Below, piece by piece: positions 37,224 to 45,801 of a stretch of DNA of 64,000 bases. A model generated the notes under the pieces. That model ran no database searches and had not been told where the DNA came from. It worked only from the letters and a program-made list of their open reading frames with translations. The stretch comes from Gaiellaceae bacterium (GTDB taxonomy: Bacteria > Actinomycetota > Thermoleophilia > Gaiellales > Gaiellaceae), in contig DATBMH010000110.1 of NCBI GenBank assembly GCA_036554945.1, positions 19,385 through 83,384 on the forward strand, written 5' to 3'. The translations under genes were made by a program, and so were the position numbers. Numbering within the stretch: the first letter of the stretch is position 1; every line of letters starts with the position of its first letter.

Positions 37224-37856
37224 TCAGGCGAGCTTCCAGAACTCCCCCGTCAGCCCGAGCGCGGCGAAGACGGCCTCCGCCTCGAGCGGCGTCCGCCGCC
37301 GCCACTCCGGGCTCAGGCGGTCCCGGTACCAGACGACCGCGAGGCGCCACGCAGTCTCGAGCGGGAACGACGCGCCGCGCTCGATGCTCCTCTGCTCGCA
37401 CCAGCGATCCACGTGCGCCTCCGACCGAAACGCCAGCATCGTCGCTCAGGTGAAGCCGATGTCGTCCCACCAGCGGGCGGCGGGGACGGCGAAATGCGCG
37501 ACGCCGTCGCCTTCGGCCAGCTCGCCTCCCTCCACCCGCAGCTCCATCGCCTCGTCGCAGTCGGCGCAGTGCGTCTCGACCGTGCCGTCCACGCCGAGCA
37601 TCGCGATCACGCCGAGCCCGTCCCAGACGCAGTTGCCCCAGAACTCCCCTCTGGGCGTCTTCACCCGGAAGTCGGTGGGCACCGCCGAGAGCGGCGCCGC
37701 CATCCAGATCTCGTCGGTCTCGGGCTGCAGGACGATCGTGTGCGCGTCGGCGAGCCTTCGGTACGCGTCGGCCGTCGCGGCGTCGGTCGGACTCGGCGGC
37801 TGCCCGTCCTCGACGAAGCGCTCGTAGATCGTGAGCCGAACGTCGTCGTCGCTCAC
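37224..37856 (-). CDS. Organomercurial lyase (MerB)-like protein interrupted by one in-frame TGA (37446..37448): pseudogene or selenocysteine-recoded gene
   Basis: ORF 37446..37856 (GTG start, GTGA overlap with the macro gene) and ORF 37224..37439 are in the same frame, separated by TGA-GCG-ACG. Combined 211 codons. NCVWD and THCADC match the MerB Cys96/Asp99 and Cys117 regions. Confidence 0.6.
37415..37433 (-). promoter_or_regulatory. Candidate SECIS-like hairpin downstream of the in-frame TGA
   Basis: mRNA GCGUUUC-GGUCG-GAGGCGC: 7 pairs (two G-U), loop GGUCG starting 20 nt after the UGA. Confidence 0.25.
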
Positions 37857-38341
37857 AGCGCCCCCCGGAAGGCGCGCGCAGCCTCGTCTCCGAACACCGC
37901 GAAGACCACGCGCGTCAGCGAGCCGGGACGATGGGCGCGCACGGCCTCGACCATGATCCGCGCGCACCGTTCCACCGGAAAGCCCCCGACGCCCGTGCCG
38001 AACGCCGGCAGCGCCAGGGACTCGGCGCCGAGCTCGTCGGCGACGCGGAGACAGCTCTCGGTCGTCCGGCGGAGGAGGTCTTCGTCGGTCCGCAGGTCCT
38101 GGCCCATGACGGCGCCGTGGATCACCCAGGTCGCGGAGAGGCTGCCGGCGCCCGTGGCCACCGCCTCGCCCACCTCGATCGGGCCCTTGGCGACCGCCTC
38201 GCGCTCGATCTCCTCGCCTCCGGCCCGCTTGATGGCGCCGGCCACGCCCGAGCCCATCCAGAGCTCATTGTTCGCGGCGTTGGCGATCGCGTCGACGTCG
38301 AGCGCGCTGATGTCGCCTTCGACGACCTCGAGCTCAAGCAC
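37853..38341 (-). CDS. Macro domain protein (ADP-ribose / O-acetyl-ADP-ribose hydrolase type)
   Basis: DVDAIANAANNELWMGSGVAGAI, GSLSATWVIHGAV, ALPAFGTGVGG. Confidence 0.85.
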   Translation of the reverse strand: MLELEVVEGDISALDVDAIANAANNELWMGSGVAGAIKRAGGEEIEREAVAKGPIEVGEAVATGAGSLSATWVIHGAVMGQDLRTDEDLLRRTTESCLRVADELGAESLALPAFGTGVGGFPVERCARIMVEAVRAHRPGSLTRVVFAVFGDEAARAFRGAL

Positions 38342-38861
38342 GACGCCTCCCCAGGACGCAGTACGGCTCGTCGGCGTCGCCGAAGAGCAGCTCGGGCACG
38401 ACCGTCTCCCAGCCCCGGCGCTCGTAGAAGCCGCGGGCGCGGGCGTTCGACCGCTGGGTGCTCAGCACGGCCGTCGGCGAGCCGGCTCCGGCGAGCAGCC
38501 CGTCGTGCAGGCGCGCCCCGATTCCCCGCCCCTCGAGGGCGGGGTCGACCATGAGCTCGACGAACTCGAAGTGCCCCGGCGCCAGCCAGACCGTCCGCTC
38601 GTCCTCGCTCATGGCCTCGGCGACACGATCGTGCCACCACTCACCCGGCGCGCCCTCGTAGCCGTACGCGAGGCCGGCCAGCCGCCCGCCCTCGTCCCGG
38701 GCGGCCAGGAACCGGAACCCGCTCCGTGCCGCGTGCCGCGGCAGGATCTCGGCGAAGCGCTCGGCCGTCGTCTCCGGGTGGACCCTCCGCCAGAGCGCCT
38801 CGATCTCGACCCGCTGCGGGCCGAGGACGTCTGCGGGCTCGAGCTCGTGGAGCTCAACCAC
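38334..38861 (-). CDS. GNAT family N-acetyltransferase
   Basis: Acetyl-CoA motif VDPALEGRGIGARL, ...ARGFYERRGW. GTG 38861 overlaps the upstream ORF by 8 nt. Confidence 0.8.
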   Translation of the reverse strand: MVELHELEPADVLGPQRVEIEALWRRVHPETTAERFAEILPRHAARSGFRFLAARDEGGRLAGLAYGYEGAPGEWWHDRVAEAMSEDERTVWLAPGHFEFVELMVDPALEGRGIGARLHDGLLAGAGSPTAVLSTQRSNARARGFYERRGWETVVPELLFGDADEPYCVLGRRRA

Positions 38862-39258
38862 GCCGGAGCCACCAGAAGCGCTCGTCGTGCCCCTCCTCCG
38901 CCCGCCGCTCGTCGAGTGTCCTGCCGCCGTATGCCTCCGCTGTGAGCGCCATCTGGGCGGCGAACCCCGTCGCAGCCATCGAGAAGGTGAAGGCATGTAT
39001 CGAGAGGTCCCACCCGGCCAGCGGGCCCGCATCGTCGAGGAGGTCGAAGGCCTGCTGGTCGCGCACGTCGAAGACCGCGATCCCGCCGTGCGGCTTGCCG
39101 GTGAAGTGGTCGTGGAAGATCACGAACCCGCGGCGCCGGTCCTCGACGTACTCGTTGAGCCGCTCGTTCGCCTCCCTCGCGGTCACGCCGTCCGGCGCCA
39201 CCGCGTAGACGAGGTAGCAGCGCTGCCTGCCGCGCGCGAGCTCAGTCGAGGACGGCAT
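38854..39258 (-). CDS. Hypothetical protein (134 aa), unknown function
   Basis: GC3-rich frame, overlaps the dapB stop by 17 nt and the GNAT start by 8 nt. No recognisable motif. Confidence 0.5.
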   Translation of the reverse strand: MPSSTELARGRQRCYLVYAVAPDGVTAREANERLNEYVEDRRRGFVIFHDHFTGKPHGGIAVFDVRDQQAFDLLDDAGPLAGWDLSIHAFTFSMAATGFAAQMALTAEAYGGRTLDERRAEEGHDERFWWLRRG

Positions 39259-39847
39259 CCAGCCCGACGGTGAGACCCGGAGGGAGCGTCGAGAGCCGGT
39301 CCAGCGCGAGCAGGACGCCGGGGACGTACGCCTCCCGGTTGAAGGCGTCGTGGCGGATCGTGAGCAGCTGTCCGTCGCCGCCGAGCAGGACCTCCTGGTG
39401 CGCGACGAGCCCCGGGAGCCGGACCGAATGGATCTCCGCGCCGCCGACGCGCTCGGCGGTCAGCCTCGCGGTCCCGGACGGCGCGTCCTTCTTCGTCTCG
39501 GCGTGGAGCTCCACGATCTCCGCCCGCGGGAGGTAGCGCGCGGCTTGCTCGGCGAAGCGCATCATCAGGACCGCGCCGAGCGCGAAGTTCGGCGCGTAGA
39601 GGACGGCGACGCCGCCCTCTCGGGCCGGCTCGTCCACGGCCTCGGCGTTCCAGCCGGTCGTCCCGACCACGGACGGGATCCCGCGCTCGATCGCCGACCG
39701 CACGTTTGCCTCCGCGGCCTCGGGCGCCGTGAAGTCCACGATCGCGTCGGCGTCCTCCAGCTCGACGAGCTCATGTCCCGCCGCCTCGAGCGCCGGGCCG
39801 AGCACCGACCCGACCTTCCCGCCGCGCCCGAAGAGCGCGACCTTCAC
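39242..39847 (-). CDS. dapB: 4-hydroxy-tetrahydrodipicolinate reductase (short form)
   Basis: VKVALFGRGGKVGS Rossmann motif, VVGTTGW, ELHAETKKDAPSGTA. GTG 39847 in a GTGA overlap with the M16 peptidase. Confidence 0.85.
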   Translation of the reverse strand: MKVALFGRGGKVGSVLGPALEAAGHELVELEDADAIVDFTAPEAAEANVRSAIERGIPSVVGTTGWNAEAVDEPAREGGVAVLYAPNFALGAVLMMRFAEQAARYLPRAEIVELHAETKKDAPSGTARLTAERVGGAEIHSVRLPGLVAHQEVLLGGDGQLLTIRHDAFNREAYVPGVLLALDRLSTLPPGLTVGLDAVLD

Positions 39848-41136
39848 GCCGCAGCGGCCGCGAGCGCGGGGTTCACCCGCTCGACCGCAGCGAGGAAGCG
39901 GCCCTCGTCGGGGCCGATCGCCGCCGCCGACAGCCGCTCGGGCGCCAGCAGGACGCCGGCGAGCTCGGCGAGGCCCTCGGCCTCGACCGCGTCGATCTCG
40001 GCGATGATCCGGTCGAGCGAGAGCATCTCCGTGTCGGTGATGAGGGACTTGCCGAGGCGGCTCATCCGGCTCGACGTCGCCTCCATCGAGAGCAGGATCC
40101 GCCCTTTGAGGTTCTCCTTCGCCCGCTCGAGCTCGTTCGGGCGCAGGTTCCCCGCTGCGATGTCGGAGATCTGCTCGGCGGCGATCTCGAGGCACGGCCC
40201 GAGGTTCTCCTCCCGCGTGCCCACGTAGAGGCCGATCTGGCCGGTGTCGGTGTACTGCGAGCCGAACGTGTAGACCGCGTACGCCATCCCGCGCTTCTCG
40301 CGGATCTCCTGGAAGAGCCGCGACGACGCCGACCCGCCGAGGATCGCGTCGAGCAGCGAGGCCGCGAAGCGCCGCCGGTCCGAGCGGGCGATCCCGGGCG
40401 CGCCGAGGCAGAGGTGGTACTGCTCGGTGTCCTTGCGCAGGAAGCGAAGGTCCGGCGGTGGCGGCTTGACCAGCGGGGAACGGACGCGCCGCCCGCGCGC
40501 GGGCGTGCCGCCCGCCTTGTCCTCCGCGCGCTCCAGCAGCCCGAGCAGCTCGTTGTGGTCGAGGTTCCCGGCGGCGGCGACGACGACGTTGCCGGGCACG
40601 TACATCGTCCGGTGGTACGCGGAGATGCTGCGCCGCGAGACGGACGAGATCACCTCGGCGGTGCCGATCACCGGCCGGCCGAGCGGGTGGTGCCCGAACA
40701 CGGCCTCCGCGATCAGGTCGTGGACGAGCTCCTGGGGCTGGTCCTCGTACATCGCGATCTCCTCGAGCACGACCTCGCGCTCGGCGTCCACCTCGGTGAA
40801 GAGCGGCGTGTAGACCATGTCGCTCATCACGTCGATCGCCTCGTCGAGGTGGTGGTCCGCGACCCGCGCGTAGACGACGGTGTGCTCGCGCGAGGTCGCC
40901 GCGTTCAGCTCGCCGCCCATCGCGTCGAAGACCTCCGCGATCTCCTGCGCCGTGTACCGCTCGGTGCCCTTGAAGAGCAGGTGCTCGATGAAGTGCGAGA
41001 CCCCGGCGCGCTCGTCCCGTTCGTCCCGCGAGCCGGCGCCGATCCAGAAGCCGAGCGCGACCGACCGGACGTGCGTCAGGCGCTCGGTGACGACCCGCTG
41101 GCCCGAGTCCAGCTCGGAAAGCACGTACTTCTGCAC
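39844..41136 (-). CDS. M16 family zinc peptidase (insulinase-like)
   Basis: HxxEH motif GVSHFIEHLLFKGT. GTG 41136 chosen; the longer ORF start covers hairpin-rich intergenic DNA. Confidence 0.85.
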   Translation of the reverse strand: MQKYVLSELDSGQRVVTERLTHVRSVALGFWIGAGSRDERDERAGVSHFIEHLLFKGTERYTAQEIAEVFDAMGGELNAATSREHTVVYARVADHHLDEAIDVMSDMVYTPLFTEVDAEREVVLEEIAMYEDQPQELVHDLIAEAVFGHHPLGRPVIGTAEVISSVSRRSISAYHRTMYVPGNVVVAAAGNLDHNELLGLLERAEDKAGGTPARGRRVRSPLVKPPPPDLRFLRKDTEQYHLCLGAPGIARSDRRRFAASLLDAILGGSASSRLFQEIREKRGMAYAVYTFGSQYTDTGQIGLYVGTREENLGPCLEIAAEQISDIAAGNLRPNELERAKENLKGRILLSMEATSSRMSRLGKSLITDTEMLSLDRIIAEIDAVEAEGLAELAGVLLAPERLSAAAIGPDEGRFLAAVERVNPALAAAAA

Positions 41137-41240
41137 GGATGGATCGTAGTAGGAGCCGGGGAAATCGCCGCGGAACGGGCTGTGCCCGTTCCGCCGCAAC
41201 GGCCTCCTCGAGGAGGAGGTGTCGCTGCGTGCATGGGCCG

Positions 41241-41303
41241 GGCGGCGCCGAAAGGCGCCGCCCGGCTTCATACAGCCGCTGAAAGTCGTGAGACTTTCAG
41301 CGG
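41241..41303 (-). terminator. Two tandem hairpins downstream of pnp
   Basis: CCGCTGAAAGTC-GTGA-GACTTTCAGCGG (41276..41303) and GGCGGCGCC-GAAA-GGCGCCGCC (41241..41262). No U tracts. Confidence 0.5.
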
Positions 41304-41312
41304 AAAGGGACG

Positions 41313-43793
41313 CTAGTCCCGGCGCCCGCCGCGGTCTCGGCCGCGACCGCCGCGACGCTCGCCGTCCCGGCGCGGAGGACGCTCCTCCCGGGGCCGCTCG
41401 GGCGCGTTCTTGGCGCGCTCGATCAGCTCCTCGGGCGAGACCATCCCGCCGTTCTCGTGCTTGTTGACGAGCTTGAGGCCGATGCGCCCGCGCTCCTTGT
41501 CGACCTCCTGCACGATCACGTCCAGGACGTCTCCGCGGTTGATCACGTCCTCGATGTGGCCGACCCGCCCGGGGCCGACGTTCGAGACGTGGAGCAGCCC
41601 GTCGGTGCCCTTCTTGAGCTCGACGAACGCCCCGAACTGGGTCGTCTTCACGACCTTGCCGGTGTACTCGTCGCCGACCTCGGGCTCCTTCGTGAGCGCG
41701 TTGATCGCCTCCATCGCCGCCTCGGCGTTCCTGCCCTCGGTGGCGTAGATGAGGATCGTCCCGTCCTCCTCGATGTCGATCTGGACCTCGTGGTCGGACT
41801 CGAGCGAGCGGATCGTCTCGCCGCCCTTGCCGATGACCATCCCGATGAACTCGGGGTTGATCTTGATCGTCGAGATCCGAGGAGCGTGGTCGCGGAGCTC
41901 CTCGCGCGACTCGGGAATCGCCTCCAGCATGCGGTCGAGGATGAACTCGCGCGCCTCCTTCGCCTGCGCGAGCGCGTTCCGCATGATCTCCTGCGTGACG
42001 CCGGTGATCTTGATGTCCATCTGGAGCGCGGTGACGCCCTCACGCGTGCCGGCCACCTTGAAGTCCATGTCCCCGAGGTGGTCCTCGGCGCCCTGGATGT
42101 CCGTCAGGATCACGTAGTCGTCGCCCTCCTTGACGAGGCCCATGGCGATGCCACCGACCGGCGCCTTCAGCGGAACGCCGGCGTCCATCAGCGACAGCGT
42201 CGAGCCGCAGACCGAGCCCATGGACGACGAGCCGTTCGACTCGAGCGTCTCGGAGACGATGCGGATCGTGTACGGGAAGTCCTCGGGTGCCGGGATGACC
42301 GGCTCGAGGGCCCGCTGCGCCAGTGCGCCGTGACCGATGTCACGCCGCTTCGGGCCCCGCATGAACCCGGTCTCACCGACCGAGTAGGGCGGGAAGTTGT
42401 AGTGGTGCATGTAGCGCCGCTCCTGCTCCAGGGAGAGGTCGTCGATGCGCTGACCCTCCTTGGCAGTGCCGAGCGTGAGCAGCGACATGATCTGCGTCTG
42501 GCCGCGCGTGAAGAGCGCGGATCCGTGCGTCCTCGGCGAGACGCCGACCTCGCACTCGATCGGCCGGATCTCGTCGGCTGCGCGGCCGTCGGGCCGGCGC
42601 TTGTCGACGGCGATCTTCTGCCGGACGAGCTGCTTGTAGATCGACTCGGACGCCCGCTTGACGAACTGGCGGGTGAGGCCGTCCTTCACCGTGGGCGCGT
42701 CGCCGTCCACCGTGGCCGGGCCGACGGGGAACGGCAGCTCGACCGTCTCGTTGATCCGGTCGAAGAGCAGCGAGCGCTTGGCCGACTTCAGCTCCTTGGA
42801 GTCCTGCTCGGCCTCGGTGAGGGACCGGAGGTCGTCCTCGAACTGCTGCCGGACAGGCTCCTCGACGACCGCCAGGCGGATCTTGTCGAGCAGCATGTCC
42901 AGCGACATCTTGTGCTGCAGCTGGCGGAGGATGTCCTCCTCCGTCGAGCCCATGTCGAGCGGCGGGCACTCCTCGAGGAGGATCTCCTCCACGATCGCGC
43001 TGCCCTCGCGGAGCCCCTCGTCGAGGATCCGCTCGCGGATCCGGCCGCCGACGCGCTCGTCGAGCTCGCTCGTGAGCTGCGGATCGAGCCACTTCGCCTT
43101 GCCGACCTGCTCGCGCAGCTCCTCCTGCTTCTCGCAGATCCGGACGATCTCGGCGTGCGCCAGCTCGAGCGCCTCGAGGAGCACGTCCTCGGGGATCTCC
43201 TGGGCGCCGGCCTCGACCATCGTCAGGCCGTCCTTCGTTCCGACGACGATCAGGTCGAGCGTGCTCTCCTCCATCTCCTGCAGCGTCGGGTTGACGGTCA
43301 GCTCGCCGTTGAACTGCCCGACCCGGACCGCGCCGACCGGGCCGATGAACGGCAGCGGCGAGATCATCAGCGCCGCGGAGGCGCCGTTGATGCAGAGGAT
43401 GTCGTGCGGCGTGATCATGTCCGCCGACAGGACGGTGCAGATCACCTGCACCTCGTTCTTGTAGCCCTTCGGCCAGAGCGGCCGGATCGGGCGGTCGATC
43501 ATCCGCGCCGTCAGGATCGCCCGCTCGGTGGGGCGCCCCTCGCGCTTGAAGAAGCCGCCGGGGATCTTCCCCGCGGCGTACATCCGCTCCTCGACGTCGA
43601 CCGTGAGCGGGAAGAAGTCCGCGCCCTCGCGCGCCTCCATCCGGCCCTGCGCCGTGGCCAGCACCATCGTGTCGCCGGAGCGCACGATGACGGCGCCGTC
43701 GGCCTGCTTGGCCAGCTTGCCCGACTCGAAAGAGATTTCCTGCCCGCCGATCTCGACCGAGACACGGGTCGGGCCCTGTACTGCGATGCTCAT
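41313..43793 (-). CDS. pnp: Polyribonucleotide nucleotidyltransferase (PNPase) with an Arg/Gly-rich C-terminal tail
   Basis: Two RNase PH domains, KH (IGKGGETIR), S1 domain. Tail [28 protein letters not shown]. Confidence 0.97.
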   Translation of the reverse strand: MSIAVQGPTRVSVEIGGQEISFESGKLAKQADGAVIVRSGDTMVLATAQGRMEAREGADFFPLTVDVEERMYAAGKIPGGFFKREGRPTERAILTARMIDRPIRPLWPKGYKNEVQVICTVLSADMITPHDILCINGASAALMISPLPFIGPVGAVRVGQFNGELTVNPTLQEMEESTLDLIVVGTKDGLTMVEAGAQEIPEDVLLEALELAHAEIVRICEKQEELREQVGKAKWLDPQLTSELDERVGGRIRERILDEGLREGSAIVEEILLEECPPLDMGSTEEDILRQLQHKMSLDMLLDKIRLAVVEEPVRQQFEDDLRSLTEAEQDSKELKSAKRSLLFDRINETVELPFPVGPATVDGDAPTVKDGLTRQFVKRASESIYKQLVRQKIAVDKRRPDGRAADEIRPIECEVGVSPRTHGSALFTRGQTQIMSLLTLGTAKEGQRIDDLSLEQERRYMHHYNFPPYSVGETGFMRGPKRRDIGHGALAQRALEPVIPAPEDFPYTIRIVSETLESNGSSSMGSVCGSTLSLMDAGVPLKAPVGGIAMGLVKEGDDYVILTDIQGAEDHLGDMDFKVAGTREGVTALQMDIKITGVTQEIMRNALAQAKEAREFILDRMLEAIPESREELRDHAPRISTIKINPEFIGMVIGKGGETIRSLESDHEVQIDIEEDGTILIYATEGRNAEAAMEAINALTKEPEVGDEYTGKVVKTTQFGAFVELKKGTDGLLHVSNVGPGRVGHIEDVINRGDVLDVIVQEVDKERGRIGLKLVNKHENGGMVSPEELIERAKNAPERPREERPPRRDGERRGGRGRDRGGRRD

Positions 43794-43811
43794 CTGTCCT
43801 CCACTCTTCGT

Positions 43812-43872
43812 GGAAGGTGGAGGTTTGGGTGAACGCCCTCCGGCAGGCGCTCGCCCAAACTTCCACCCTCCG
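43812..43872 (-). promoter_or_regulatory. Long imperfect hairpin in the rpsO-pnp intergenic leader (candidate RNase III processing / autoregulation site)
   Basis: Minus strand GGUGGAAGUUUGGGCGAGCGCC pairs with GGCGUUCACCCAAACCUCCACC: 22 positions, 2 mismatches, 1 G-U. Confidence 0.6.
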
Positions 43873-43886
43873 GTTCTCCGCCTGGG

Positions 43887-44156
43887 TTATCTCCGCAGAC
43901 CGAGCTCCTTGATCAGGTTCCGGTAGCCCTCGAGGTCCTTCTTCTGCAGGTAGTTCAGCAGCCGGCGGCGGCGGCCCACGAGCTTGAGCAGGCCGCGGCG
44001 CGAGTAGTGATCCTTCGCGTGTGTCCGCAGATGGTCGGTGAGCTGGTTGATCCGCGCCGTCAACAGCGCGATCTGCACCTCGGCAGAGCCCGTATCGGCC
44101 TCTGCGCGGCCGTGCTTTCCGATGATCTCCTGCTTCGCTTCCTTGGTGAGGGTCAC
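43887..44156 (-). CDS. rpsO: 30S ribosomal protein S15
   Basis: GTG 44156 preceded by [40 protein letters not shown]... Confidence 0.95.
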   Translation of the reverse strand: MTLTKEAKQEIIGKHGRAEADTGSAEVQIALLTARINQLTDHLRTHAKDHYSRRGLLKLVGRRRRLLNYLQKKDLEGYRNLIKELGLRR

Positions 44157-44252
44157 CTGTTGACCTCCTCTAGACGAATCCGCAGTCCCCGCGGAGCCAT
44201 GCGGAAGCTGCATGGCGAGCCGGGTCTGCGGGCGCGGATAGGGTAGCAACCG

Positions 44253-45599
44253 ATGAACGCCGCCGTGGCTGCGGGACATCCCGCGACCGTCGACGCGGGC
44301 ATCGAGATCCTCGAGGAGGGCGGGAATGCCGTCGACGCCGCGGTGGCGGCGTCGCTGGCCTCCTGTGTGGCCGAGACCGTCATGACGGGCCTGCTCGGCG
44401 GCGGGCACGCGATCGTGCTCGTCGACGGCGAGGTGCGGACGCTCGACTTCTTCGTCTCGGTGCCGGGGCTCGGCGAGGAGCGCCGGGAGGTCGAGCTGGA
44501 GCACCTCGAGGTGCCGTTCGGGACCGAGCTCGTCCACTACGCGGTCGGGATCGGCTCCGCCGGCGTCCCGGGCGTGCTTCCGGGGCTCGGGGAGCTCTGG
44601 CGGAGCGGCGGGAGCCTGCCCTGGCCGCGGCTCGTCGAGCCCGCGCTGCGGCTGGCTCGGGACGGCTGTGACTTTCCGCGGGCGCACGCCGCGTGCCTCG
44701 AGATGCTCGCGCCGGTGATGACGATGCGCGAGGGCGGGCGGATCTACCGGCGGGACGGGCGCCTGCTCGCCGAGGGGGACCGGCTCGAGCAGCCGGGTCT
44801 CGTGGCCGCGCTGGAGGCGGTGGCCGAGGAGGGACCGCGGAGCCCGACGCTGGAGGCGTCTCTCCTCGCCCTGATGGAGATGCGCGGCGGTCTCGTCACG
44901 ACGACCGATCTCGAGCGCTACGAGCCCGTCTGGGGCGAGCCCGGGCGCGTGGCTCGCGGAGACGTCGAGCTCGCGTGCCGCATCGGCCTGAACAGCCCTC
45001 TCCCGCTTTACGCTTCCCTAACGGGGTCTGACCCCATTCGCCTGGCGAAGGCGCTGGCGGAGCCGAACGGCGGCGGCGACACGACCAACCTGACCGTTGT
45101 GGACCGGTCCGGGAACGCCGTTGTCCTCACCACGAGCCTCGGGCTCGGCTCCGGCGACTGGCTGCCGGGCTTCGACCTCCATCTCAACTCCATGCTCGGG
45201 GAGGCGGACCTGATCGTCGGCGAGCTCGTCCCCGGGCGACGGATGCCGAGCATGATGGCCCCCACCCTCGCCTTCGACGCCGACGGCCTCGCGCTCGCCC
45301 TCGGCGCCGCCGGCGGGACCCGGCTCCGGAGCGCGCTCGTCCAGGTCGTTGCGGGAGTGTTCGACGATGACCTGGGCGCACGCGATGCCGTGGAGCGGCC
45401 ACGACTTCACGCCGTCGGCGCGCTCGCGCACCTGGAGCCGGGATTCTCCGATGACCTCCCAGCCGCGCTGGAAGCGGCGGGGTTCACCGTCAGGATGTGG
45501 CCGACGCGCCATCACTACTTCGGCGGCGTCAGTGCCGTGTCTCGGTTCGACGCCGCAGGCGACCCGCGAAGGAGCGGGTCCGCCCGCCACCCTCGATGA
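44253..45599 (+). CDS. ggt: Gamma-glutamyltranspeptidase family protein (short form)
   Basis: N-terminal [27 protein letters not shown], nucleophile region [12 protein letters not shown]-terminal GDPRRSGSA. Confidence 0.85.
   Translation: MNAAVAAGHPATVDAGIEILEEGGNAVDAAVAASLASCVAETVMTGLLGGGHAIVLVDGEVRTLDFFVSVPGLGEERREVELEHLEVPFGTELVHYAVGIGSAGVPGVLPGLGELWRSGGSLPWPRLVEPALRLARDGCDFPRAHAACLEMLAPVMTMREGGRIYRRDGRLLAEGDRLEQPGLVAALEAVAEEGPRSPTLEASLLALMEMRGGLVTTTDLERYEPVWGEPGRVARGDVELACRIGLNSPLPLYASLTGSDPIRLAKALAEPNGGGDTTNLTVVDRSGNAVVLTTSLGLGSGDWLPGFDLHLNSMLGEADLIVGELVPGRRMPSMMAPTLAFDADGLALALGAAGGTRLRSALVQVVAGVFDDDLGARDAVERPRLHAVGALAHLEPGFSDDLPAALEAAGFTVRMWPTRHHYFGGVSAVSRFDAAGDPRRSGSARHPR
45023..45035. 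repeat. 13-nt palindrome GGGGTCTGACCCC, copy 3 (inside the ggt coding sequence)
   Basis: Exact string, encodes T-G-S-D-P in frame. Confidence 0.9.
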
Positions 45600-45762
45600 C
45601 GGGGATCTTCTCCAGCACCCAACCGACGTAGCCGCATTCCGGACAGCCGGGATTCGCGCTCACCGTCCCGCCTCCTGCCGGCTTGACGTAGGAGGCGCTG
45701 CAGTTGAGGCAGCGGACCCGGTCTACCCCTGAGGGTCGTGGCTCGTGACTGTCATCTCCCAT
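45529..45762 (-). CDS. Possible small zinc-ribbon protein
   Basis: CLNC...CPEC motif. Weak RBS and a 71-nt convergent overlap with the ggt 3' end lower confidence. Confidence 0.35.
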   Translation of the reverse strand: MGDDSHEPRPSGVDRVRCLNCSASYVKPAGGGTVSANPGCPECGYVGWVLEKIPVIEGGGRTRSFAGRLRRRTETRH

Positions 45763-45801
45763 GACTGGGGAGATCCCGCACTTTGCGAAAACTTGCGGCG
45801 T

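Noticed and set aside
37060-37305. Possible small lipoprotein (…RLIAGLAAASLLLAGCAPV…, TAA stop) between the MerB-like gene and dapA
   Set aside because: There is no canonical start next to the lipobox. The nearest GTG (37305) would overlap the MerB-like C-terminal part by 82 nt in another frame. I could not resolve it from sequence alone, so I left it out of the feature list.
44157-44252. Promoters for rpsO and ggt in the 96-nt divergent spacer (TTGCTA, TTGACC, TAGGGT hexamers)
   Set aside because: I found no -35/-10 pair with acceptable spacing. Small inverted repeats (CATGC..GCATG, CCGC..GCGG) may belong to an rpsO leader structure, but the evidence is too weak to call.
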